A DNA stretch of 55,647 nucleotides from Bacteroidota bacterium (lineage in GTDB: Bacteria; Bacteroidota; Ignavibacteria; UBA10030; UBA6906): assembly GCA_038247945.1 (NCBI GenBank), contig JBBRUI010000002.1, positions 1 through 55,647 of the forward strand, read 5' to 3'. The position numbers and the translations under genes are program-made. Numbering within the stretch: the stretch's first letter is position 1; every line of letters starts with the position of its first letter. The notes under the pieces are model-generated. The model saw only the letters and a list, made by a program, of their open reading frames with translations, ran no database searches and had not been told where the DNA came from. Below, in pieces: positions 1 to 7,855 of the stretch.

Positions 1-1
1 A

Positions 2-1054
2 ACATACGTGCGCGCAAATCAGTTGGATGAAGCGCTGAAAATATATGCAGAGCTCTCTGAACGCGACCCGCAAAACCTCGGATACGTCGCGGAAATGGGC
101 GGTGTATATCTGATAATGAAAGAGTACGCCAAGGCTAACGAGAAATTTAACCGCGTGCTCGCTCCCGATTCAGTAGAGGTAGATGCCAAGCTGAGGATCG
201 GGCAAATGTATTTCAGCCAGATGGAAAAAGATTCCACCATTGCACCGTATGCCCAATCCATCTTCGAACGCATAAAGAAAAAACACCCGAAGGATTGGCG
301 GCCGTATTGGTTCCTGGGAGCGATCGGAGCAGTAACGCGGAACGATTCTCTTTCTCTCAACAATTTTAAGAAAGTCACCGAGCTTGCGAGCTGGAATGCC
401 GATGGCTGGGTTTATCTCTCGTCTGTTTTTTTGGAGAAGAATGATTTCCAATCGGCTGTGAAGATTCTCGAGTCGGCGTTGAAAACATTGCCGGAGGATT
501 CCCGGGTTAACTCAATCCTCGGCGTTGCATATAACCGTCTGGGTAGAAATGAAGATGCAATCCGTGTGTTGGAGAAAGCGCGCACGCTCGATCCGAAAGA
601 CATGAACACGATCTCGCAGCTTGGACTCATCTACGACGGAATGAAAATGTACACAGAGTCAGATTCGCTGTACGAAGAAGCGTTGCGTCTCGATCCCAAC
701 AATCATCTTGTCCTGAATAATTACGGCTACAGTTTGTCCGAACGGGGTTTGCAGTTGCAGCGTGCGCTTGAGATGTCGAAGAAAGCTGTTGAGCAGCAGC
801 CGGACAACCAATCGTACCTCGATACCATCGGCTGGGTGTATTTCAAACTTGGAAAGTACGGTGAGGCGGAGAAGTTTATAAAGAAGGCGATTGAAAAAGG
901 GAGTGCGAATTCTGTTCTGTTTGAGCATCTCGGCGACATTTACGAACACATGAACGATACGGAGCGGGCCCTTGAACAGTGGAACATTGCGTTGAAGCTG
1001 GACGCCGGCAATACTTCACTGAAGGAAAAAATTCAACGCTCGACCCCCCGATGA
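2..1054 (+). CDS. TPR-repeat protein, 5' partial (reading frame is open to the window edge)
   Basis: Repeated 34-aa TPR-like units (e.g. ALKIYAELSERDPQN, AIRVLEKARTLDPKD, ALEQWNIALKLDAGN). No stop codon lies upstream of the GTG at 8 in this frame, so the gene probably starts outside the window. Its stop overlaps the next ATG (ATGA at 1051-1054). Confidence 0.75.
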   Translation, partial: TYVRANQLDEALKIYAELSERDPQNLGYVAEMGGVYLIMKEYAKANEKFNRVLAPDSVEVDAKLRIGQMYFSQMEKDSTIAPYAQSIFERIKKKHPKDWRPYWFLGAIGAVTRNDSLSLNNFKKVTELASWNADGWVYLSSVFLEKNDFQSAVKILESALKTLPEDSRVNSILGVAYNRLGRNEDAIRVLEKARTLDPKDMNTISQLGLIYDGMKMYTESDSLYEEALRLDPNNHLVLNNYGYSLSERGLQLQRALEMSKKAVEQQPDNQSYLDTIGWVYFKLGKYGEAEKFIKKAIEKGSANSVLFEHLGDIYEHMNDTERALEQWNIALKLDAGNTSLKEKIQRSTPR

Positions 1055-1824
1055 CGCGTTTCCACATTTGGTGCCTTCTTGCCTGTTTCCTGAGTTCCTG
1101 TGCACCCCGCCGTACTGAAATTCTTTTGAACACACGGGAGACTCCTCCCGAAGCATTGATGAGCGCCGTTGAAGAACAGCGTTCAAAAATTGTTTCCCTC
1201 ACAGGCAGCGGCGTTCTCTCGTTTGACAGTCCCGAACTTTCCGGCACCGCGTCGTTTGAATCGACGATGAAGAAACCGGACTCGCTTCTCGTTACGCTGG
1301 AAGGCCCGTTCGGTATCGACGTCGGCACTTTTTTTCTGTCGCGAGATAAATATTTGCTCTACAACAGTCTGCAGAACACCGTCACGACCGGTACTCCGGG
1401 CGGCGTGTATATTCGCTCGGTTATTCCGTTCGATCTGACGTACGAGCAGATCCTGGATGCGTTCGCCGGGGTGTTCAATCTTCCTGTGTCCGAAAAGGAT
1501 TTGCGAAACTATGTAATAGAGGAAGATCAGTTTTTTCTTGTCTATGCATGCGGTTCGGATACGTGCAAGTATTGGGTCGACCCGCGCTACTTGCTGGTCT
1601 CACGTTGCCAGATCATCAACCGAAACAATGAAGTGGTAATGGAAGGGAAGGCTTCTTCTTTTACAGAACAGAATGGCATCGTGGCGGCACGACGAATGTC
1701 GCTCCGGTTTCCCCGCGACGAACGCGAGCTTTCCGTTGCATACAGCTCGTTGCAGTTGAACCCGACGGAAACAAATTTCCGATTTACAGTTCCATCCGGA
1801 GCCCGGAAGATTCTCAAACCCTGA
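1051..1824 (+). CDS. DUF4292-like (LolB-fold) outer-membrane lipoprotein
   Basis: I place the start at the ATG at 1051, not the ORF-track start at 979. This gives MTRFHIWCLLACFLSSC, a signal peptide with a lipobox Cys. The block VSLTGSGVLSFDSPELSGTASFESTMKKPDSLLVTLEGPFGIDVG resembles DUF4292. TPR / DUF4292 / M23 is the usual Bacteroidota gene order. Confidence 0.6.
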   Translation: MTRFHIWCLLACFLSSCAPRRTEILLNTRETPPEALMSAVEEQRSKIVSLTGSGVLSFDSPELSGTASFESTMKKPDSLLVTLEGPFGIDVGTFFLSRDKYLLYNSLQNTVTTGTPGGVYIRSVIPFDLTYEQILDAFAGVFNLPVSEKDLRNYVIEEDQFFLVYACGSDTCKYWVDPRYLLVSRCQIINRNNEVVMEGKASSFTEQNGIVAARRMSLRFPRDERELSVAYSSLQLNPTETNFRFTVPSGARKILKP

Positions 1825-1825
1825 T

Positions 1826-3025
1826 ATGAGACGAACACACTTTTACACGTTTGTCATTCTCCTCGTTGCGCTTCCGCTCGTCGCAGGGCCGGTTGACCAG
1901 GACGAACTCCGGAAACGCCAGACTGAACTCCAGAATATCCGGAAGCAAATTAAGGAGTACGAGCAGAAGATCAAGAAGCAGCAGACGAAAGAGAAGGCAA
2001 CGCTTGAACTTCTGGATTCCTATGACCGCAAAGGGACGTTGGTCCGCAAGCTCATCAGCAAACTGCGGGCTCAAGAGTCGGAACTTATCGTAACAACGGA
2101 CCGGACGCGCTTTGACCTGCAATCACTCGACGGACAATTGAAATATCTGAAGCATCATTACGCCAGCTATGTAAAGTCCGTGTACAAGTCCGGACGGGTT
2201 CACGACATCGAGCTCTTACTCTCCGCGCAATCCATCAATCAATTCTATATTCGTTCATATTACCTGCGTCGTTTCACTGATCAGCGCAGGCGCGATGCAG
2301 ACAAGATCGATACGAAGAAAGATGAAGTCGAGCAGGTGCAGTATCAGTTGCAGACACAGCTTGCGGAAGAACGGCGTTTGATCGCGGAAAAAGGAGCTGA
2401 GGAAGACAGGCTTGCAGCGCTGGCAGCAGCGCGGAAACGAGCTTTAACCGATATCAGAAAAGATAAGACGTCGATGCAGCGCGAGATTGATCGCCAGACA
2501 AAAGCTGCCAAAGAACTCGAGAACGTCATTGCCAATTTGATTGATGTCGACCGGCTGAAGAAAGAGAAACGCGACTCGGATGTGAAGGAAGGAAAACTGC
2601 CGCAGCCTCCGCCGATGACGGGCAACTTTGCATCGAAGCGCGGCAAACTTCGCTGGCCTGTAAGTGAAGGCACCGTTGTCGCGAAGTTTGGCAACCAGGT
2701 TCACCCGCGCCTTAAAACAATCACCACAAATACCGGCATCGATATTCAGGTGAAGCCGGGGTCACCGGTCAGCAGCGTGGCAGAAGGCGAAGTCTCGACA
2801 ATTCTCTGGTATCCATCGTACGGCAATCTTCTCATCATCAACCACTACAGCGGTTATCGCACAGTGTACACGCATCTTGCCGACATCTCGGTGACGGAGG
2901 GGCAGAAGTTGAAGGAAGGCGAACGCATCGGGACAAGCGGTGAAGCAATTGACGGCCCGCGTTTGCATTTTGAAGTCTGGAAAGAACGCGAGAAACAAAA
3001 CCCTGAACTCTGGCTCGGCAGATGA
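1826..3025 (+). CDS. M23 family metallopeptidase with N-terminal coiled coil (EnvC-like murein hydrolase activator)
   Basis: Signal peptide, a long charged coiled-coil region, and a C-terminal LytM/M23 core (GIDIQVKPGSPVSSVAEGEV...YGNLLIINHYSGYRTVYTHL...GPRLHFEVW). Confidence 0.85.
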   Translation: MRRTHFYTFVILLVALPLVAGPVDQDELRKRQTELQNIRKQIKEYEQKIKKQQTKEKATLELLDSYDRKGTLVRKLISKLRAQESELIVTTDRTRFDLQSLDGQLKYLKHHYASYVKSVYKSGRVHDIELLLSAQSINQFYIRSYYLRRFTDQRRRDADKIDTKKDEVEQVQYQLQTQLAEERRLIAEKGAEEDRLAALAAARKRALTDIRKDKTSMQREIDRQTKAAKELENVIANLIDVDRLKKEKRDSDVKEGKLPQPPPMTGNFASKRGKLRWPVSEGTVVAKFGNQVHPRLKTITTNTGIDIQVKPGSPVSSVAEGEVSTILWYPSYGNLLIINHYSGYRTVYTHLADISVTEGQKLKEGERIGTSGEAIDGPRLHFEVWKEREKQNPELWLGR

Positions 3026-5655
3026 AAAAATACATTGTCCCCATCGTTATTGCTTTTCTCTCGTTCCTCATCGCATTACTGCTCAGTTCTCCGCTGTCGC
3101 CTCTTGAAGATCAACTCACGGCGTTGAAGTATCGCGTTCGCGGCGACGAGAAGGCAGACTCCAATATCGTGCTCATCTATATCGACTCAGAAGCGATCAA
3201 AGATCTTCAGTGGCCTGTCCGTCGCAATTATTACGCGCTCATGATAAATGCCATCACTGATTTGAAAGTACGCGCCATCGGGATTGATGTGTTCTTTGAA
3301 AATCCAAATAACGAGTATCCTGAATACGATCAGCTCCTTGAACATGTTATCGCCCGCGCGAAGAATGTTGTGCTTAGCGCGTATTTTGATAAACTGATTC
3401 TTGGGGGATGGAAGCTTGCGCGCGTTGAAGGAGGTGACACCCTGTACGATGCGTTCGATTATCCGCAGGTTTCCGATGTGTTCCGTTTGGGCGACGGACT
3501 GCATCTTCCGCTGCCGGCTCTGCTTAAGAGCGCAGCAGGGGTGGGACATGTGAACGTGGAAGAAGACCGGACGCTATCGCTGTTCATCGGAAGCGATAAA
3601 CTCATCGTCCCGTCATTCGGAACCGAAGTGTTGCGCGTTGCAAGCGGCGCGAAACGTGAGAACCTTCGCTACGATCACGAAACGCTTGCGTTGCGAAAAG
3701 AGGGAAAACTACTCGAGATTTCCGCGCCTGAGGGAAGAGTTGATTTGAATTTTCCCGGCCGCATTACTTCATTCACCACATATCCTTTTCTCGAAGTACT
3801 GAAATCCTACGATGCGCTGCGTGCCGGGCGTACGGCCGGGATCCAGGTTCAAAATCTGGAAAATAAAATCGTCCTGCTCGGAGTGATCGCCGAAGGAATA
3901 AGCAAGACGTGGACAACGCCGGTCGATCCGCGGTTTCCTTCGTTGGGGCTTCATGCAGTTTTTCTTGATAACGCGTTGCGTTCGGGTTTTCTCCGCACTG
4001 CGCCGGGCTGGATTATCTATTCGACCGCTCTTCTGTTTGGATTTTGCTGTGCGTGGTTTGTTCTTCTGCGAGGCTCGAAGCCGGCATGGCCCGTTCCCGT
4101 TCTTGTTTTCGTGACGATTCTGATAATTTCATTCCTCTCCTTTACCGTCTCTGCACTGCTGATACCGCTGTCTCCGTTTATTATTGTTGGATTGATAGCA
4201 TCGACTTCGTCACTCTTTTATAAGCACCGCTTTTTACGTGAACAGCTCCAATCCGCACAATCTGAAAAAGAAAAAATAACGATGGAGTTGCGGGATAAGG
4301 AAGCAAAAGTCGCCATGCTGGAGCGCGAACTGATCTCGATCGAATCAAAGAAATCGGAAGACCGGACGAACGAGCTTCTGGAAGACATTCGGAAATACAA
4401 GGCTGAGATTCACGCGCTGAATGCCCGGAAGGACGACATGGAGGAAGCGCTTGTTGCCGATGCGGGCGCAATTTCCACCATGAAGAACTTCGAAGGTATA
4501 ATTTACGAATCCGGCGGTCCGATGCAATCCGTTGTGGATTTCATTGCGAAGATTGCGCAAAGCGAGGCATCGGTGCTGATACTTGGCGAAAGCGGAACCG
4601 GAAAAGAGATGATCGCCCGGTCGATTCACAAGCTCAGCACCCGCGCAGAGAAAACATTTGTTGCGGTGAATTGCGGCGCGCTCTCGGAGGGTCTGCTCGA
4701 AAGCGAATTATTCGGTCACGAGAAAGGCGCGTTCACCGGCGCAGTGAAAGACAAGCTGGGACGGTTTGAACTTGCCGACAGCGGATCCATCTTTCTTGAT
4801 GAGATAGGCGAGGTGAATGAAGGTTTCCAGTTAAAACTGCTGCGCGTGTTACAGGAGGGTGAATTTGAACGGGTCGGCGGCACGAAAACAATCAAAGTCA
4901 ACGTGCGGGTTATTGCAGCGACCAATAAAGATCTGAAACAACTTGTGAATGAGAAGAAGTTCAGGGAGGATGTCTATTATAGATTGAATGTCCTCTCAAT
5001 CAAGCTGCCGTCGTTAAGCGAACGCCCGGGAGATATTCCCTTGCTGATAAATTATTTTCTCAAACGGGAAGGCAGCGAGACAAAAGTTTCCAGAAATGTT
5101 TTGGATATGCTTCAACATTATTCATGGCGCGGAAACATCCGCGAGCTGGAAAGCGTGATTACGCGGGCTGTGTTGCTCGCCAAAGCCGACAAGCGCTCCA
5201 TGATCACGATGAAGGACTTATCCGATGAAATTATCTCCGCAGCAAACAGTTCGATAGCAATCGAAGATCAGATTCTTGAATCCTTACGTGAGAAAGGATT
5301 TTCACGCAGCGCCATTTCAGAAACTGCGGCGGAATTGGGAAACCTGAACCGCGGCACCATTGCGGAATATTTGCGGGGCCAATGCCTGAAAGCGTTCGTT
5401 GAACATACGTATGATCTTGAAACGACAGTCCGTTACATCTCCCTCTCATCCGACAAGGCCGTGAACGACCGTGTCCGGAAGAAAATGATGGAATATCTCA
5501 CCAACCTGGCTGAGGCCGTTGATGTCTCCAAGTCATGGGAAGAAATGAAGCCTGCGCTTCGGTCGAAGATGAAGAACCTTCCGCAAAAATATCATCCGTA
5601 CCTTGAACAGGTGTCGGAGGCATACTTCCGTGGTGTCTGGAAGCCGGAGGGATAG
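3022..5655 (+). CDS. Membrane-bound CHASE2 sensor fused to a sigma-54-dependent AAA+ transcriptional activator (EBP)
   Basis: N-terminal TM helix plus a CHASE2-like block (IVLIYIDSEAIKDLQWPVRRNYYALMINAITDLKVRAIGIDVFFENP), then three TM helices and a coiled coil. The sigma-54 interaction domain follows (VLILGESGTGKEMIARSIH, the signature ESELFGHEKGAFTGA, RVIAATN, RGNIRELES), then a Fis-like HTH (ISETAAELGNLNRGTIAEYL). The start overlaps the upstream stop (ATGA at 3022). Confidence 0.85.
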   Translation: MKKYIVPIVIAFLSFLIALLLSSPLSPLEDQLTALKYRVRGDEKADSNIVLIYIDSEAIKDLQWPVRRNYYALMINAITDLKVRAIGIDVFFENPNNEYPEYDQLLEHVIARAKNVVLSAYFDKLILGGWKLARVEGGDTLYDAFDYPQVSDVFRLGDGLHLPLPALLKSAAGVGHVNVEEDRTLSLFIGSDKLIVPSFGTEVLRVASGAKRENLRYDHETLALRKEGKLLEISAPEGRVDLNFPGRITSFTTYPFLEVLKSYDALRAGRTAGIQVQNLENKIVLLGVIAEGISKTWTTPVDPRFPSLGLHAVFLDNALRSGFLRTAPGWIIYSTALLFGFCCAWFVLLRGSKPAWPVPVLVFVTILIISFLSFTVSALLIPLSPFIIVGLIASTSSLFYKHRFLREQLQSAQSEKEKITMELRDKEAKVAMLERELISIESKKSEDRTNELLEDIRKYKAEIHALNARKDDMEEALVADAGAISTMKNFEGIIYESGGPMQSVVDFIAKIAQSEASVLILGESGTGKEMIARSIHKLSTRAEKTFVAVNCGALSEGLLESELFGHEKGAFTGAVKDKLGRFELADSGSIFLDEIGEVNEGFQLKLLRVLQEGEFERVGGTKTIKVNVRVIAATNKDLKQLVNEKKFREDVYYRLNVLSIKLPSLSERPGDIPLLINYFLKREGSETKVSRNVLDMLQHYSWRGNIRELESVITRAVLLAKADKRSMITMKDLSDEIISAANSSIAIEDQILESLREKGFSRSAISETAAELGNLNRGTIAEYLRGQCLKAFVEHTYDLETTVRYISLSSDKAVNDRVRKKMMEYLTNLAEAVDVSKSWEEMKPALRSKMKNLPQKYHPYLEQVSEAYFRGVWKPEG

Positions 5656-5679
5656 ACCTCTTCCGCCTGAAAGCCTTCG

Positions 5680-5713
5680 TTCCCGCACTTCTTCCGCATA
5701 TTCCCGCACTTCT
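5680..5713 (+). promoter_or_regulatory. Two perfect 13-nt direct repeats TTCCCGCACTTCT (5680-5692 and 5701-5713), start-to-start spacing 21 nt; candidate activator-binding site (UAS)
   Basis: Read directly from the sequence. The repeats lie about 100-125 nt upstream of the TGGCAC element at 5805, which is the usual distance for enhancer-binding-protein sites. Confidence 0.4.
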
Positions 5714-5804
5714 CCCCATCTCCACAATCAAGTAGTTTTGATAATATCCCTTGTTTCCCGCCCGATTGACTAGATCCGACGTTTAATTGCGCTTGAACTG
5801 TGAC

Positions 5805-5820
5805 TGGCACGTGGATTGAA
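5805..5820 (+). promoter_or_regulatory. Candidate sigma-54 (-24/-12) promoter TGGCACgtggaTTGAA
   Basis: Perfect -24 TGGCAC and canonical spacing to a -12 TTGA (consensus TTGC, one mismatch). It sits 88 nt upstream of the ATG at 5908 and directly downstream of a sigma-54 activator gene. Confidence 0.45.
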
Positions 5821-5907
5821 CTATTCTTGCCAGAACTTAACTGAAAAACCGGTAACGCTGTCAAACAAAACACATAATCAACAACACAATCACACAAGGA
5901 GGAAGCC

Positions 5908-6885
5908 ATGAAAAAATCTCTTGCAATGCTCTGGACGATCGCGGCGCTCGTGGGAACGCTGCTCGTCGGCTGTACCAAGAACACCAATGGTCCGGAAGAT
6001 GAAACTGCACCGGCGGGCGTCACCGATGAACAAAGCGCAATGAAGGTCGCTGCGGAAAACGACGAGTTCGTTAAGAACGATGAGCTTTCGTTTGCCGACC
6101 AGGAAATTACAGCGACGGATTATATCTATCTCTCCGGTCGTATCGAAGCATCGATCACTCCTATTCGATGGGGGCGCTTCATCAACAGCGTTACGCGAAC
6201 AGTGACAACAACCATTCAACCGGGTGATACAATTGCCATAGCACGTGTTCACAAGGCGATCAACGGGACATTAAAGATCAGAGCGATTCGCGGCATTGAT
6301 ACAGTTCTTGTTGAAAAGCAATTCGCAGATCAATCGGACAGGAATGTAATATTCCGACGCGTCGACCGCAGTCCACGCTACTGGAGAAACTGGATTCCGG
6401 TTGCGACCTCTCTTGTCGACGGCGGCACGGTGAATGGTCAAATCGATATCACAGCGCTGACAGTAATCTCCGGCACCGACATCATCACGGTGACAGACCC
6501 TCTGAACTTCTATCTCCGCTATCGCTGGTTAAAGGCATTGCATGGGAACAAAGATCTTTATCATCGCAACCGCGACATGATGGAATTCACCGGCGGCGGA
6601 TCCATGACGGTTCGCGTAACCCTGCAGAGCTCTTCGCCTGATACAGATATCGTTGCACTGCGCCATGGTTTCAACGCGCAATATAAGAACCGCGCACGGA
6701 TGTTGTTGGTCAGCCAGACTCCGAACGGCGGAGGATTCCTGAAGGTATACGAGAAAACATTCGTCGTGCAAAATCGCCCCGGACAATTCCACGCAGCAGT
6801 GGAAGCAATGACCAAAGCGACATTGTATGACGATACCGCGGCGTACAACGTGAGCTGGTGGGGAGTTCCATACCGGGTATTCTGA
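5908..6885 (+). CDS. Hypothetical lipoprotein
   Basis: Strong RBS (AAGGAGGAAGCC before the ATG). Signal peptide with lipobox (LVGTLLVGC). No recognisable catalytic motif. An intrinsic terminator follows. Confidence 0.7.
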   Translation: MKKSLAMLWTIAALVGTLLVGCTKNTNGPEDETAPAGVTDEQSAMKVAAENDEFVKNDELSFADQEITATDYIYLSGRIEASITPIRWGRFINSVTRTVTTTIQPGDTIAIARVHKAINGTLKIRAIRGIDTVLVEKQFADQSDRNVIFRRVDRSPRYWRNWIPVATSLVDGGTVNGQIDITALTVISGTDIITVTDPLNFYLRYRWLKALHGNKDLYHRNRDMMEFTGGGSMTVRVTLQSSSPDTDIVALRHGFNAQYKNRARMLLVSQTPNGGGFLKVYEKTFVVQNRPGQFHAAVEAMTKATLYDDTAAYNVSWWGVPYRVF

Positions 6886-6907
6886 CTCATGGGGAAGTGA
6901 TGATGGG

Positions 6908-6945
6908 AGTCGCCTCTCGCGGGACGGGGAGGCGACTTGGTTTTT
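6908..6945 (+). terminator. Rho-independent terminator
   Basis: 9-bp GC-rich stem AGTCGCCTC / GAGGCGACT (6908-6916 and 6929-6937), followed by TGGTTTTT. Confidence 0.75.
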
Positions 6946-6995
6946 GACGGGAGTTGATATTGAAATTCGATTTGAACTAATTATCGGTGAATACT

Positions 6996-7841
6996 ATGAA
7001 GACACGATTACTATATGCGGCGGCACTGGCACTTCTTCTTGCTGCCTGCCAAAAACCAACGGAAGTTCAGGTAACCGAAGACGCCCTGTTTGAGGTTGAG
7101 AGCATTACGGAATCGGATCCCGCGATTGAACGGCCCAGCGTAGATTCGACCGGCTTGCTTCCCCGTGAACAGGACAAGTTTGCCGGACTCATCACGGTTG
7201 CCTCTGTGAAAACGGACAATGGCGCAGGGATAGAATCGAAGTCTTTTGTGCACGCAGTTTTTGAGAACAGAAATAACTCCATTATTGCCGGCGGGTTTAA
7301 GAGGTTCTTCCTTTTTCCGCTCGGTCTCCCGAGAGTAACCATCGGGGGAAACACGGTTTTGCTTTTGGCGAGAGATGTAAGATTCGGAAACCAAGTGATC
7401 GGTTCTGAATACGTCAGGGAAATCCCATTCACCCCGGAAGCTAATTACCAGTTTGAAGCGGCGGGGAGCGACAGTGTCAGCGCGTTCTCTGTTTCGATAG
7501 CGTCTCCGGACAATATCCTTGTTCAGTCCCCGGTCGGCGGTCAACGGATTGCGCGGGAGAACGACCTACCGTTGCGTTGGAGCGGACGTGGAGAGATTTT
7601 CCTGATCGTCAGTGCACGGACAGCACAGGGCAGGCTCATCCCGATATTGAATATCAAGCCCCGCAAGAATGAAGGCCATGTTCTGCTGACAAAAAAAATC
7701 CTGAATGCACTCCCGCGCGGAAGTTACATCTTCACGTTTGGCTTGTCGAAGAAGAATGAAAATTTTATGGTGGGGAGATTTAGAGGACGAGTTCTTGTGC
7801 GGGGAGTGTCGGTCTACAATGTCCGGGTTGAGTTGATCTAA
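6996..7841 (+). CDS. Hypothetical lipoprotein
   Basis: The ATG at 6996 gives MKTRLLYAAALALLLAAC (lipobox). The ORF-track GTG at 6987 is an alternative start. No family recognised. Confidence 0.65.
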   Translation: MKTRLLYAAALALLLAACQKPTEVQVTEDALFEVESITESDPAIERPSVDSTGLLPREQDKFAGLITVASVKTDNGAGIESKSFVHAVFENRNNSIIAGGFKRFFLFPLGLPRVTIGGNTVLLLARDVRFGNQVIGSEYVREIPFTPEANYQFEAAGSDSVSAFSVSIASPDNILVQSPVGGQRIARENDLPLRWSGRGEIFLIVSARTAQGRLIPILNIKPRKNEGHVLLTKKILNALPRGSYIFTFGLSKKNENFMVGRFRGRVLVRGVSVYNVRVELI

Positions 7842-7855
7842 CGTTCACGAGGTTT

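Noticed and set aside
979-1050. Upstream extension of the DUF4292-like ORF (track start 979)
   Set aside because: It overlaps the TPR gene by 76 nt. The ATG at 1051 gives a textbook lipoprotein signal peptide and an ATGA stop-start overlap.
7026-7041. A second TGGCAC...TTGC string (CTGGCACTTCTTCTTGCT) that looks like a sigma-54 promoter
   Set aside because: The GG-to-GC spacing is one nt too long. The string lies inside the signal-peptide coding region of the 6996 gene, where Ala/Leu codons readily generate such strings.
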